This document shows, in pieces, positions 1 to 13,703 of a DNA stretch of 64,000 nt. Each line of letters begins with the position of its first letter. Position 1 is the stretch's first letter. The stretch comes from Octopus vulgaris (lineage: Eukaryota). The notes under the pieces are model-generated. The model was not told the origin of the DNA and did no database searches. It saw only the letters and a list, made by a program, of their open reading frames with translations. The stretch covers positions 66,030,001-66,094,000 of the forward strand of contig OX597821.1 in the NCBI GenBank assembly GCA_951406725.2, given 5' to 3'. A program made the position numbers and the translations under genes.

Positions 1-499
1 GCGCCAAAATTTTAAACCAATGTTATTATTATTATTGTTGTTGTTGTTGTTGTTAAGGTAGTGAGCTGGCAGGATTGTTGGCAAGGTAGATAAAATGCTT
101 AACATCAGTTTGTGTATCTTTCTGTTCTGAGTTCAAACTCTACCGAGGTTGATCCATTATTATTGTTGCTGTTGATATTATTGTTCATTTTGAACTTCGT
201 GTTCTACATACCGTATGGCTGGGGCCAAATTATAGGCCTGGGGCAAGAGAAAGATGATGACACTTGACGGAACATTCTTTACACTATATGTGCAGTCACA
301 AGCACTGTGAGCTTGAATGCATAAGTATTGATGTTGCCCAAGCTACAGCACTGCTAATCGCTGGTATTATTTTGGTGTTCACATTTCACCTCCTGTTGAT
401 TTCAATTTCCAGGAGTTTGTACTTGGTCAGTTTCTCTGTAACTTTCATCAAGGTGTTGAAATGTCAGTAAGTATACATGCTTGGTCCTTCTTGCCCTTG

Positions 500-726
500 T
501 TAACCCTTTCGATACCAAACCGACTGAAGTACAAATGCCTGTTGTACAAACGTCTTGTTTTCATAAATTTCGAATTAAAATCTTCCATCAAACCTTAGTC
601 ACAATTTATGTTCTTAATACTAGCTTAATGATAACTAAGTTATTTTACTAAATTCTTTGTTATATTTAAAATTGATTGAAAGAAACACAGAGCATCTCAA
701 AATAAATACAGCAACAAAAAGGCTAA
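500..726. mobile_element. piggyBac-like MITE (family P1)
   Basis: Starts TTAACCCTTTC and ends with degenerate AAAAGGCTAA. Interrupts the LINE frame. A related inverted copy lies at 19806-20043. Confidence 0.7.
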
Positions 727-1037
727 TTATATTCAGCTTGTTGGACTTCATCTCTCTGCCACTGTGGATGGGCATTTCCAAGAGCTTGGTGGTAATATCA
801 TTGGTTTCCAAGGCCATTTGTGGTTCCTGTTCATCTTATATCTCAAATGTCTTCATTTTATAAATCCTTATTTTCCAGTGTAGGTATGCTTCCATCTTGT
901 TAAGCCGGTAGATGTATTTGGTCTTTGCCAGTTCCATACATCCAGGCACAATGCAGTTGATGGTTTCTTCATATTTTCCATTATTAGATCCTGTATTGTG
1001 GATCTTTTGTAGCTTTGACAACGTGATGCAGATAGGA

Positions 1038-1344
1038 CAGGGGTGGGCAATTGTTTTGGCTCAGGGGCCACTTTGAGAAGGCCGTAGTTAACAGAGGGTC
1101 ACACCTTCTATAACTGATAGTACTTATTACTTAACATTACATTTCATTTAATGCGAAGTGTAAATTACATAACAATAATATATAAATAAAACTAAAACAA
1201 TAGTGGTACACAGAAAAAGTTTCATTAAATTCATTTATGTGCAAATTACACATCAGCCAGCAAAAGTAATTTAATGAGACAAATGTATGCTAGATGCTTC
1301 CGCAGGCCACAAAACACTCTGAGGCTGTAAGTTTCCCACCCCTG
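1038..1344. mobile_element. hAT-type MITE
   Basis: TIRs CAGGGGTGGGCAA / TTTCCCACCCCTG. Flanks AGATAGGA / GGATAGGG give a 6/8 match to an 8-bp TSD. Confidence 0.75.
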
Positions 1345-1526
1345 GGATAGGGTCTTGTTCCAAGACTGATTTTATGTAGCGATTATCAGAACTTCCATTT
1401 CTGCTTTCAATCCACTGTTTTTAAGCCATTGATGCATCTTCACTTGGTCCACATCTGCATCCTCCATTCCTTTCAGGTAATTACAACTTGCTGTGTGTTA
1501 CCTTGTTCCTCCCAGGTTTTCCGCAA

Positions 1527-1890
1527 TTAACCCACGAGCATTCACATTATGTTCTGTCAAAACTAATGCTCATTTATTCACATTGATTAGAATTAATTAT
1601 GTATTATCTTGTAATTTTGAAATTTTGATGAGGTTACTGTTAATTTTTAGAATGGTATTGTAGGGTTGCTGTGATAGGCCAGATCTGGCAAGTTAGACCA
1701 GATCTGGCCAGTTAGGCCAGATCTGGCAAATTAGGCCAGATCTGACAAGTTAGGCCAGATCTGGCAAGTTAGGCTAGATCTGGCCAGTTAAACGAGATCT
1801 GGCCAGTTAGACTAGATCTGGTCAGTTTGAACATAAAACAGGTAGGATATTTTGGCTGGAGATGGCAGATTTTAAATGCTAAAGGGTTAA
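1527..1890. mobile_element. piggyBac-like MITE (family P2) with an internal 19-bp tandem array
   Basis: TTAACCC...AAATGCTAAAGGGTTAA termini. Reverse-complement relative of the copy at 27232-27458. Confidence 0.75.
1677..1828. repeat. Minisatellite, 8 x 19 bp, unit GGCCAGATCTGGC(A/C)AGTTA
   Basis: Eight consecutive units counted. The core GGCCAGATCTGGCC is palindromic. Confidence 0.95.
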
Positions 1891-2494
1891 AACTGAACAC
1901 TGTGTTTTGCTTTTTGCATAATTTGTCAGTTGTAGATAGCTGCAGCCTTCTTTCCAATTCGTTGGGTTTCTGAAGCTTGGAAAACTTTTGAATAACACTG
2001 GAAGACAAAATGCAATTTATCTCTTTACAATGATATTCAATGCATTTTGGACTTGTTTCACTTATTGTATGGTTTTAATGTCATCATGTGCTATTGTGTG
2101 TGTGTGTATGTGCATGTGGAGAGAGAGAGAGAGACAGATGTGGGTAGATATAGATAGACACACACATCTATGTATTTATTTATATAAATATCTATCTATC
2201 TATCTATCTATAATTTTTTCTATACATATGCATATATTTTATTGAGGGTGAAAGTCATGGGGTATATTATTTCTTTTTAGAATCTAAATATTAACCATTT
2301 ACTGAATTTCACTTTGATTTTAATGCATTAAATTAATCTTCTTTTATAATGAACAGTAATTCATTTATTCTTTATACTTAATTATAGCTGTTAAATATTT
2401 AGAGTTTTTGTCTGAGCAGACATTGTCTTCATTTTCTAGGTGAAGGAATGTCTTTGATAATTATGTATGCACATATTTATACATGCATCTCCCT

Positions 2495-2502
2495 CATATA
2501 TG

Positions 2503-2533
<31 letters not shown>

Positions 2534-2534
2534 T

Positions 2535-2584
<50 letters not shown>

Positions 2585-2664
2585 TTATATATATATATAT
2601 ATATATATGTACATTATATATATATATATACATTACATAAATATATATATATATATGTATGTAC

Positions 2665-2698
<34 letters not shown>

Positions 2699-2760
2699 GG
2701 AGAGAGATGCATTGATAAATATATGTATATATAATGATGATATATAATATAGTGTATAAC
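2495..2760. repeat. Degenerate (TA)n microsatellite
   Basis: Direct inspection. Explains the YIYI ORFs. Confidence 0.95.
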
Positions 2761-3804
2761 AAATGAGATTAGTAAAGATCTTTGTGTTCTGTAGTTATCA
2801 CCTTTAACTCATAGACACACACATATCTACATCTATACATACACAAACACACATATCATGAGCAAAATTCTATGAATATAAATGAACTTACACAAATAGA
2901 CACATATATACACGTGTGTGTATGTATATGCATATATATATATATATATACATATATACACACACATATGCAAGGAATCACATACAGATTCCCAAGTAAG
3001 CGCAGCCGCTAACATATACACAACAAACACACACACATATATAGATGCAAACAACTATGCACACAGCTCCATACTCTTACTTGCACAATACCATAATACT
3101 ATCGGCTTGTTCAAACCTACAGCAATAAATTAACCCTTGAATACATTTTATTATTTGCCAACAAGAAAATTTGTCCAGTTTATTGGCACGGATACAACGA
3201 TATAAACACCGACCATTGTATTATCTTTGTAGCAAGGCAATAACTGACCAATACCAACATATTCCTGTTAGTCCTTGGGTCAAACGTGTTCACCCATACA
3301 TAGGCTATTACATTATTATCGCAATAATATCTGATATATAATTAGTATTTTTATTTGTGCTGATACAGTGTTGTAGATTTTGTTATATGGAATATCTCAA
3401 TGTTTCGTACACAATTTTTATCTATTTTCTGCAAATATTCAGTGCAGTGCAATGAAGTAGGCTACGGTAGGGTGAAGGTATTGTGTGGTAGGTGCATAGA
3501 ATAAATGTCTTGTTTAAGTGTTTGTATGTATTATGTATGTGTGCATGTATGTAGATGTATATATGTATGTAAGTATGTCTGCGAGTATGTTTATATGCAT
3601 GCCTGTATGCACACATATATGTATGTATATATGTATGCAAGCATGTATATGTATATGTGTGTATAAATGTATAAATGTGTGTGTATGTATGTATGTATGT
3701 GTGTATCTGTGTATATATATATGTAATGTGTGTAGGAATGGATGTATGTATGTGTGTGTATGTATATATAAATGTATGTAATGTATGTATATGCATGTAT
3801 CTTT

Positions 3805-4030
3805 ATTCTTTTATTTGCTTCAGTTACTGTACTGTGGCCATGCTGGGGCACTGCTTCAAAGGGTTTTTTATAAACAAATCAAGACCATTATTTTGTTGTC
3901 TTTTTCGTTTAGTCTGGTACTTATTATATTGGTCTGTTTTGCCAAACAGCTCAGTTACATGGATGTAAATAAAGCAACACCAGCTTTGAAGCAGAGAATG
4001 GGGACTAAAACAAACAGACAGACACACACA
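3805..4030 (-). mobile_element. Degenerate SINE family A, 3' half
   Basis: Matches the reverse complement of the family-A tail (TTCAGT..CTGTGGCCATGCTGGGGCAC). Confidence 0.65.
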
Positions 4031-4066
4031 CACACATTATATATATATAAACTTCATAGTAACCAC

Positions 4067-4353
4067 CAGGGCCGTGAAGCTGGAGTTGAAACTGCAGAGT
4101 CAGAGTCGGAAACAATTAAGGTGCAGCTGGAGTTGGAGTCCGTAAAACTATATTGACTCTGACTCACAATATCTTTATTCTTTGATATAAACCAGTTATA
4201 ACATATAGGCCTACTCAAAGTAAAAGTGTATGCATATGCTTTATGAGATATGTAGACCACAATCACTTAATTGCATAAAGAAGAGTCACAGTCGGAGGTG
4301 TCAATAGTAGAGGAGTTGGAGTCAAAGTCTTTTGTTTCGACTCCACAGCCCTG
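4067..4353. mobile_element. hAT-type MITE with GGAGTC-like subterminal repeats
   Basis: TIRs CAGGGCCGTG / CACAGCCCTG. TSD GTAACCAC / GTAGCCAC (7/8). Confidence 0.8.
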
Positions 4354-4499
4354 GTAGCCACACCCCACATTTCCCACATCCACTACACCATCTCACAAAT
4401 CCATAAAAACAATATTTTATCAATACGTGTACCTGTCCTACTTATCTTCTCTCCAAAAAGCTTTCCACCCAGTTTACTAGATCCACCCCACACTTGTAC

Positions 4500-5530
4500 A
4501 CCCAGACCCAGGGGAGGTAATTTAGACTGTCTAGTAATGTTACAACTGCATTAGTTCCATCACAATCACCAGACAGCAATTCAATAACTTCCTTTTTTTA
4601 TAATAAATCATGTCATCACCTTAAGGAATGCATTTCTACTGTATTTGATACGGCTGTTACTTCTACGATATCTCTGCTGCTATCAACAACTCCACATACT
4701 AAAAAGATATCCCATGACCTGAAGCTGACGCACCTAAATATACACATCTGCTTAAAAGTTCTACATACACAAATAAATTCTAAACAATAACATTAATCTC
4801 AAATTTAATCAATAAAAATTTCTCCAAAACACACAAGCTTCATGAAAGGAAATGTGTATGTAGCAAAGAAAAATATGGGTCCTGGCCCAGGGGAGATAAC
4901 TTAGGCTATCTAGTAACATTACTTGCTATATTTTAATGTCATTGAATTTATTCTACTTTTTGCCCTGTCCAGACATCACATTTCACAGAATTTGCATTCT
5001 CATCAGTAACATTTTGCAAAAGTTACGCCCTCATAAAAGTCTCACATAATTTGGAATTGACTGAAGATTACTGCTGATATATAGCAAAATATATCAATGA
5101 CATGTGACTATGGATATTAACTTTATAACGTGATTAAGCAAATAGATTTACACTCTTTGTAAACTGCTAAAAAGACAGTCCCATGACCTGAAGCTGACAT
5201 ACCTAAATATACACATCTGCTTACAAAGTTTTATGTGCATGAATAACTTCTAAACAATAACATTAACCTCAACTTTAATCAGTAAAAAGTTCTCCAAAAC
5301 ACCACACCACAACAATCCACCCTAAAACCTAATTACGACTCCACTCAAACTCAGACATCCAAGGAAGATTTTTAACTCAACAGAAATTATATGAAGCCAA
5401 GATTAACTTAAATGCATCACTGATGGCTTAGCTGGCTAAACCTTCGCTGCAACTGACAATAATGTTTGTGTTTAAGAATAATAAATTTAATTTACACTCT
5501 TCCAATATTGTGTTGAATTTTCTTTCAGTT
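4500..5530 (+). mobile_element. Probable decayed Penelope-like element with internal duplications
   Basis: About 135 bp duplicated (4698-4832 vs 5167-5302) and about 37 bp duplicated (4507 vs 4886). Ends with a degenerate CACTGATGGCTTAGCTGGCTAAAC hammerhead-like remnant followed by AATAAA. Confidence 0.35.
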
Positions 5531-5671
5531 CATAACAACACACGCTACACATATGCACGCACGCACATACACACACCAACACACACACACACACACACTT
5601 GAATGAAGTGCCATCCGTTTCAACAATGAGAACTCAGATGTGTAGCCAACTGAAATATCTATTTGATTACA

Positions 5672-6114
5672 GGTAAGGTCACTGCAGGGAAAGTTCACTG
5701 CAGGATAAGTTTATCCCAAGGGAAAGTTCACTGCAAGAAAGTTCACCGCTGGGAAAGTTCACCACAGCGAAAGCTGACCACAAGAAAAGTTCACTGCAGG
5801 GAAAAATTGATCGCAGGGAAAGTTCAGCACCATCAATTCACTGTAAGGAAAGTTCACTGCAAGGGAAAGTTCACCACAGGGAAAATTTACTGCAGGGTAA
5901 ACTTACCGCAAAGAAAGTTCACCATTGAGAAAGATCACCACAGGGAAAGTTCACTGCAGGGAAAGCTCACCGCAGAGAAAGTTCACCACAGGGAAAGTTG
6001 ACCACAAGAAAAGTTCACTGCAGGGAAAGTTGACCACAAGAAAAGTTCACTGCAGGGAAAGTTGATCACAGGGAAAGTTCAGAACCATCAATTCACTGTA
6101 AGGAAAGTTCACTG
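5672..6114. repeat. About 16-bp minisatellite (GGGAAAGTTCAC(T/C)GCA), roughly 27 units
   Basis: Direct inspection. An inverted unit (AACTTTCCCTGAGGTGAAC) lies near 6199-6218. Confidence 0.9.
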
Positions 6115-6533
6115 AGAAAATATATCCATAGTATCTCTCCATTAACAGTTAAAATTTATTTGATTGAGGAAAAAACAAAACAGTGAATTGATGATGCTAA
6201 ACTTTCCCTGAGGTGAACTGATGACTGAACTTACTGGACATGACCTGCTCATTGAAATAGGATGCAAGTGGTTGAGTATTCCACAACATGTATAACATCA
6301 ATGTAATTCATGGGCAGAATCAGGAGTTTCAGTGTGTATGTGATAAAGTTGAGACTTTGAATATCCATCAGATGTGCTTCTGTACAGTTTCCGCCTACCC
6401 AATACCACTCCCCAGATAATGAACAGAACTGAGGCTACAGAAGATGACATTTATCTAAGATATCACACAGTAGGATCAAATCCACAACCTGGCGCTGCAA
6501 AGTAAACATTTTAACCATTTGACCATACCAGGC

Positions 6534-6578
<45 letters not shown>

Positions 6579-6865
6579 CATTATCATGATCATCATCGTC
6601 ATCCATTTTCCATGTTGGCATGGGTTGGATGGTTTGACCAGAGCTGGCAAGCTAGGGAGCTGCACTAGATTCTATTCTGATTTGGCTTGGTTTCTACGGT
6701 TGGATGCCCCTTTTTAACCCCAAACACTTTTCAGAGTGTGCTGGGCTTTTCTTAAGTGACACTGGCACAGGTGCTTTTCCCATGGCCCAACACACATGTG
6801 TGTGTCTGTGTGTGTATCTATTTATATATGTAGATGGAAGCATACATAAGTATAAGCACATACAT

Positions 6866-6913
<48 letters not shown>

Positions 6914-6969
6914 TGTGTGTATATACATATATATAACACACACACACACACACACATGTGTTTGTGTGT

Positions 6970-7163
6970 GATGCAGCACGGAATTTTGTCAGTGAACAGG
7001 TCGCGGTCTCAAAGCGACGAAGATATTTTGGCAAATTTAAATGTTGAAATGAATCTAACGGTTTTTATGTGTTTCTTAAATGGCTTATAAACACCTTCCC
7101 TGCTGCAATTGTTTTCGTTCCAGCACACGATCTCAGATCAGATCACTTGCTATGCAAGTACAT
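6970..7163 (+). mobile_element. Penelope-like terminal repeat fragment inserted in TG/TA microsatellite
   Basis: CpG-retaining block between microsatellites that contains a hammerhead-like fold. Confidence 0.5.
6985..7035 (+). ncRNA. Hammerhead ribozyme-like motif, variant core GUGAACA
   Basis: Stem I TTTGTCA/TGGCAAA; core GTGAACA; stem II GTCGC/GCGAC; then GAAG-ATATTT (position 15.1 is G rather than A). Confidence 0.5.
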
Positions 7164-8388
7164 CTATATATATTTATTGTGTGTATATATATATATATAT
7201 ATGCACACGCAGACACAAACACACACAAATACATGCTTACTCAATCATAGATACCTATACATATGCTCAAATACGTGCATACATAATGTATACATATATG
7301 AGTATACTCACACACACATACATATGTACAAACACACTTCACACTGATGGAAACTCACGTCAATATGCAACATGAAACTGATGAATTATTGCAGACCTGT
7401 GCAATCCATGGCTTATAAATAATAATAAAAAAATAACAATCACAAAACAAAAACAAAAACAAAACCCCCAGAAACAACAACAACAACAACAAAAAGTAAT
7501 AAATGTATGTATAAAAACAATGTCATCTTAATGATTATAACAGGAACAACTGCCAAGGGAATAGTGCCAGTTACTGATATTGAGCCAAAGAAATGATGGA
7601 TTCCATATGTTCGGCTATTTAAGTTCTGTTTTATCATGCAGAGATTATGCGTTAGGATGGCCCTACCTAATGCCTGCCTGCCTCCATCCATCCATCCATC
7701 CATCCATCCATCCATCCCTTGCCTCTTCTACATCTTATTTATATGATACTAAGAATCAGCTGCTATACTGCAGATTAAGGAGTATAAATTTAATTAATGA
7801 AATAATTAATTAAATAAAAACACAATTATGATCTAAAGTCTTCTATCTCTACCCATCACCCATTTGAATCACCCCCCCCCCCCCATCTTACTGAAACCCT
7901 TTGTTTTCTCATGTCAGAAGTCCAGATACAAATGGCTAGATATCTGCTATTCTTGGCTACATGTTCATAATATTTAACCCCGAGTTTGTATTGATTGAGT
8001 ATCTTTATGACCAAATGCATTTCAACTATGATCATTTTGCTATGTTTATATATCCAATATTACATTGGCTAATGCATGGCTCTCTAACTTCTTCCAGTAT
8101 ACCCATTTATCATACCTGACAAGCATTGGCATACACCTTACGAAAAATGTATTGTAAAATATTTGAATACTCTAAAAAAAAAAAAACAATATAGGATGCC
8201 ATTTTAAGGACACAATAAAAGAGACAATGTGCATCATCTTTTAACGTCCATTTTCCATGCCAGCATGGGTTGGAAGATTTAATAAGATCTGACTGACCAG
8301 AGTCACTACTGGGGGTCATTACCTTCTTGGTTTATTTGGTCAGAGATTCTCTGGGGACATACTTATTAAGAGAATATGCTCAGTTATA

Positions 8389-8807
8389 GGCGTAGGAGTG
8401 GCTGTGTGGTAAGGAGCTTGCTTACCAGCCACATGGCTCCGGGTTCAGGCCACTGCGTGGCACCTTGAGCAAGTGTCTTCTACTATAGCCTCAGGCTGAC
8501 CAAAGCCTTGTGAGTGGATTTGGTAGATGGAAATTGAAAGAAGCCCATCATATATATACATATATGTACATATGTATGTGTGTGTGTGTGTATATGTTTG
8601 TGTGCCTGTGTTTGTCCCCCACAACATCGCTTGACAACCGATGCTGGTGTGTTTACGTCCCCGTAACTTAGCGGTTCAGCAAAAGAGAGCGATAGAATAA
8701 GTACTAGGCATGCAAAGAATAAGTCCCGAGGTTGATTTCCTCGGCTAAAGGTGGTGCTCCAGCATGGCCACAGTCAAATGACTGAAACAAGTAAAAGAGT
8801 AAAAGAG
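8389..8807 (+). mobile_element. SINE family A, full length (tRNA head, (TA)n(TG)n, CR1-type tail)
   Basis: A box GTGGCTGTGTGG, B-box-like GGTTCAG, tail ...CCAGCATGGCCACAGTCAAATGACTGAAACAAGTAAAAGAG. More than 14 copies in the window. Confidence 0.92.
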
Positions 8808-9087
8808 AGTTGTTCAACCTGCTCAAATTAGTACCCAAAGCTCCTTGAAATTACATCTTAACATCTTAGGAGAGGAAGGGCACAATTGATGCACAGCATG
8901 AATGCCCCTGATGAGATATTCCCTTAATTTGGGGTTGACATGGGATGTACAACTACAAAAAATTTCTGAGAGATCTCTGTCAATCTTCCAAAAACAGGAG
9001 AAAATCTCCCTCAAATCATTCCTGTCTTAATGAATCAGAAGTATATATTGAATAATGTAGTCTTAGATAAATCACACACTACAAGGT

Positions 9088-9350
9088 CCAGGGACTGTTG
9101 GAGTGTAGAGGCTTGTATGCCTTCATGACCATGAAAATTATGCCAGTGGGGCAGAAGCTCCCAGTAGGGCCACTCATACTGGAGAGGCCAAAGGAGAGAA
9201 GCTAGATAAATATGGCCACCCCTTACCAGAAGTCAAAACAGGTTTGCATATGGTCAACACCCCTAACTAGAAAAAGGGGAAGTTACAGAACCATTGACCA
9301 CAATTTAGAATCAACAAGACCTGGGAGAGGAAGGCCTTCCTTTGGGGAAT
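9088..9350 (+). mobile_element. Degenerate RTE-type LINE 5' UTR remnant
   Basis: GGCTTGTATGCCTTCATGACC...TATGCCAG...GTAGGGCCACTCATACTGGAGAGGCCAAAGG resembles RTE/BovB-like 5' UTRs (from memory). Confidence 0.4.
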
Positions 9351-10720
9351 ATGTCAAGCCCTGATCTGGATGGAACCCACTAAGGAGTCAGAAGAAAAGA
9401 TGTTCTAAAACAAGATGAAGGTGGGATACTGAAGTGGAGATGAAAATTCAGGGATTCAACAGGAGAGAAACAATAAGACAGTCTAAAGTCAAAAGCTGAG
9501 GGGAAAAGGCATCGAGGGCCGGTGCTGCATAGGAAGAGAACGCCTTCAAGTAAAAGATACATCATGTCTGAGAAAAGATAGGATGCCTGCGGCTGAAATA
9601 TCTTTGACCATAGACTTGCCTGAGCAGGGCTGATTTTTGGCTAAATGACAACACTGTCTAATAGTTAATATAATTGAGACATCCAGTATCAAAAATACCT
9701 TGGCTAATAACACAGTACATCATAGGTGACAAATTGTCAGTTGCTGATTCTTAGGTAACTTATTACCTGAGCTATATGGAGGGCTCTAAAGAAAAAACAC
9801 CCCTGAAGATAATATCTTAGATAGTAGTCATATCAGAATAACTAAAGCTAAAAGATGGAGAGAAACTGACAACATGATGCTGTTGATCAGGTTTTCATTA
9901 ACATAGAAGGTACAATTGTTATTGATAATGATGTGGTGTTGGTGGTAGTGATGGTATTGGTTTTAGTGGTGTTGGTGGTAGTAGTGATTGTAGCAGTGTC
10001 GGGTGGTCAGTAACTAAACTAAACACCCCCTTGCTGCATGGCTTGACAGATGAGGAGGGCATTGTGGACACGCTGCAGGACTAAAAACAACACCTCTCAG
10101 AGGACAGATGAGCTCATTGTGAGCCAACAACTAATCCATACAAGTGATGTCTCGTTAAGAGTTGTGGTAGAACTGATAATGGGGGGGTGGCATGCAATTT
10201 CAAGGAAATTAGGCTGTTGTTTCTAGCAGGTCGATGATGAATAAACCTAATGTTGTTCTTTTTTAGTCCTAGATCACCTTCATCAAGGAGGCCTATGATC
10301 AAGGCCTTCTAACCATATCCACCCAATGTTTTTCCAATGTGGGGCAAGTGTGTAATGAGGGGGAGATTTGGCTGCTATTTCTAGCAGCCTCAGGAACCAC
10401 ATAGAGGTTTTCACATTGGTGCAATAATGGAAGCTACGGTGGGATAAGGTGAAGGAATGGCCAACAAAAAGGTTACAATGCAAAACTTCACCAACCCTCT
10501 GTGTGTGTATATATATATAGATATATATGTGTGTATATATGTATATATATATATATTCCATACACCTCTCTCTCTCCCTATCCTCCATCATATGTAAATA
10601 CAATCAATTAAGAAGTAGTAATAAATACATCAATCACCACGGCAACATTCTTGCCAAATTTGGCTGTGGAATTTAATACCCACCAGGTTTTTACACACAC
10701 AAACACACAACCACTAATAT

Positions 10721-10769
<49 letters not shown>

Positions 10770-12547
10770 TTATACATATTTATACATAAATATATGCATC
10801 TATATATACATGTGTTAAATTATGTATTTAAAAAACTTACAGATGAACAACACATATACTCACACGCATATACTATATCTGCATGTGTGCATAAAGAAAT
10901 GTGTATGTGTGTGTGTGTGTGTGTATGTGAGAATATTTGGTATACGAGGCATAACTATTTTTCATACAAGTAGTTATCTGTGTTAATGTATATATGCTTG
11001 TATTTATGTGTGTGTGTATGTGTATATATATATATATATATGGGTGTATGTGTGCATGTATGTAAGTATTTACATATCTACGTTTGTGTATATTACAGGA
11101 TAGATGCTAAGCCTTTGTCTGACAAATTAAGTTTGTTGACCTCCTTTTGGTGTCAGATGAAATTTTTGCATAACTTTACATTAATAATGGCCTTCGTAAA
11201 ACATTCACACACACACACATAGGAGCATGTCTATGTATATATAAATACCCCCACACAAACACAAATACAAATATACACCAATAAATGAAGCCTAATTATA
11301 ACAGGCAAGAAGAGAAATGTAAAGTTAGTGCCAGGAATAGAAAAATATTTGACTAAATGTTATGCAATATTTATTTACTCTCGTCCCATTCCTGCACCAA
11401 AAACTGGGTGTTCAAACCACATCAAAGGCAACTTTACAACTCATTCCTCCAGGGATTTTTACTGAACTGTGTTCCAATTTCTGTCGTGCTGGGGTCAATT
11501 AAATTGCTCTAATCAACTTGATATTATGCCAATGTGTAAAAGTATTGTGTAAGACAAAGCTGTATTTTATATCCTCATAATAGCTTTAGGATAAATGGCA
11601 TCAGCTAGAAACTGTTTGTCATCTCATCCCGAGTTCAAGTCTTGCACAGGCCAGTTTTGCTGGTAACTCTTCGAAGATCAATAGAATGATTAATGATTGG
11701 TGTTATTCTAGGGGTACAGATCAGTCAGTGTGACACTAGCTAAAGTCTTGACTAATCACTTTATCATCATTGTTTAATATCGGTCATCCATGCTGGCATG
11801 GGTTGGACGTTTTAACATGAGCTGGCAAGCCGGAGGATTGCCCCAAGCTCCACTGTCCGTTTTAACAGGGACTGATGGGTCCAAGGACTGATTTGAACCA
11901 CAATGTCTGCTTTGGTATGGCTTTTATGGTTGGATGCCCTTCCTAATTCCAACCACCTTACAGCGTGGACTGAGAGAGAGAAAAAGGGGAGGGAGAGACA
12001 GACAGATTAAAAGAGACAGACAGACAAACAGAGCGACAGACAGACCGAGATAGACAGACAGACAAACAGACAAAGCGAGACAGAGTGAGACAGACAGAGA
12101 TAGATAGAGACAAAGACAGAGAGAGAGAGAGAGAGAGATAGAATAATCAGAAGCTATAAAAGACATACTGGTGATCATATCACTGAGTTTATTTACAGCC
12201 GCGTATTACTGGTATTAAAAAAAAAAAAAAAACAAACAAACAGTTACCTTTCTGTTTTCAGTTTGCTCATGGTTTAGAAAAAAAAGCCAAGAAAATAAAA
12301 AGATGATAATATAAACCAAGCGAGTAAGTCTATTTTATTGATTAGTAAAGAGTGTTGGCATGTCTTGAGAAAATTAGACAAGAAGTAACTAGTAGAATCA
12401 TCTTGTTACATCTCTTGCACTTGATTCACCCTTTTACCATCCATCTCTAACTTGGCAGCTACAATGTTTATACATGAATGTGGTATGTGTGTATAAACAA
12501 GCATGTGCATGAGTATAAAACCTTTATATATACACATATATGTATAT

Positions 12548-12583
<36 letters not shown>

Positions 12584-12892
12584 CATATACATGTATGTGT
12601 TTATATATGAATGTATATGTATATATGTGCATTATATGTGTATAAGTATATTACATACATTATAGATACATATACAGACAGATAGACAATTAGATAATAG
12701 ATATATAGATAGACAGACAGACAAGCAACTAGATACATAGGTAGACAGACAGACAGACAATTAGATAGACAGAAAGATAGATAGATACATACATATCATT
12801 TATTGTCTGCCTTCTATGCAAGCATGGGCTACCTAACCATCTATCTACATGCTCAGCTGTATGTGTGTGTAAGTAAATATGTATGTGTATAT

Positions 12893-12969
<77 letters not shown>

Positions 12970-13067
12970 AATGTTCATGTCTACGCTAATTTACACCAGT
13001 AAATTAAAGTACGAAGAAACATTACAAATCTTTTGGAATTAAAGGACGGATTCATAGTCAACCCTTT

Positions 13068-13188
<121 letters not shown>

Positions 13189-13212
13189 CACCCCACACAC
13201 GCACACACACAC

Positions 13213-13243
<31 letters not shown>

Positions 13244-13549
13244 CTAACAAGCACATACCTGCACACACCAGTTCAAACACACACACTAATATATGTTGAT
13301 ATACATACGATGCATACACACAGAATAAGAACTGACACAGTTTCTCCAACAATATACAATTAGTAGCAGAATTCCATTATTCCTTATCCAACAATTATCT
13401 ATCTTCCCTTTCCCAAACCGACCCTACTCATTTCATCTGGCTACAACACTCTTTTCATCCAACACCTATTCCCTTCTTTTTCGCACACAACATAACTGCC
13501 TCTGGAAATACAGGGAATCTTAAGTCAAGTCTACATCTTCTATATTTAT

Positions 13550-13588
<39 letters not shown>

Positions 13589-13703
13589 TGTATGTATGTA
13601 TGTATGTATGTATGTATGTATGTATGTATGTATGTATGTATGTATGTACGTATGATGTATGTATGTATGTATGTATGTATGTATATATATATATATATAT
13701 ATA

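Larger units (their letters stand above)
185..2010 (-). mobile_element. Decayed R4/Dong-like non-LTR retrotransposon (C-terminal zinc knuckle and restriction-like endonuclease region), split by three MITEs
   Basis: Minus-strand pieces read in order across the insertions: QKAKH / LRKTWEE / DADVDQVKMHQWLKNSGLKAEMEVLIIA / EETINCIVPGCMELAKTKYIYRLNKMEAYLHWKI / LETNDIT..EMPIHSGREMKSN / KVTEKLTKYKLLEIEINR / GNINTY..TAHIV. Many stops and frameshifts. The 3' end runs into an AAT/AAC tract near 155-185. Confidence 0.8.

Noticed and set aside
1677-1828. CRISPR-like array of palindromic repeats
   Set aside because: No unique spacers, eukaryotic context, located inside a MITE, and no cas genes.
5663-6001. 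112-aa ORF with GKVHC repeats (zinc-finger-like)
   Set aside because: Product of a 16-bp minisatellite whose unit is not a multiple of three.
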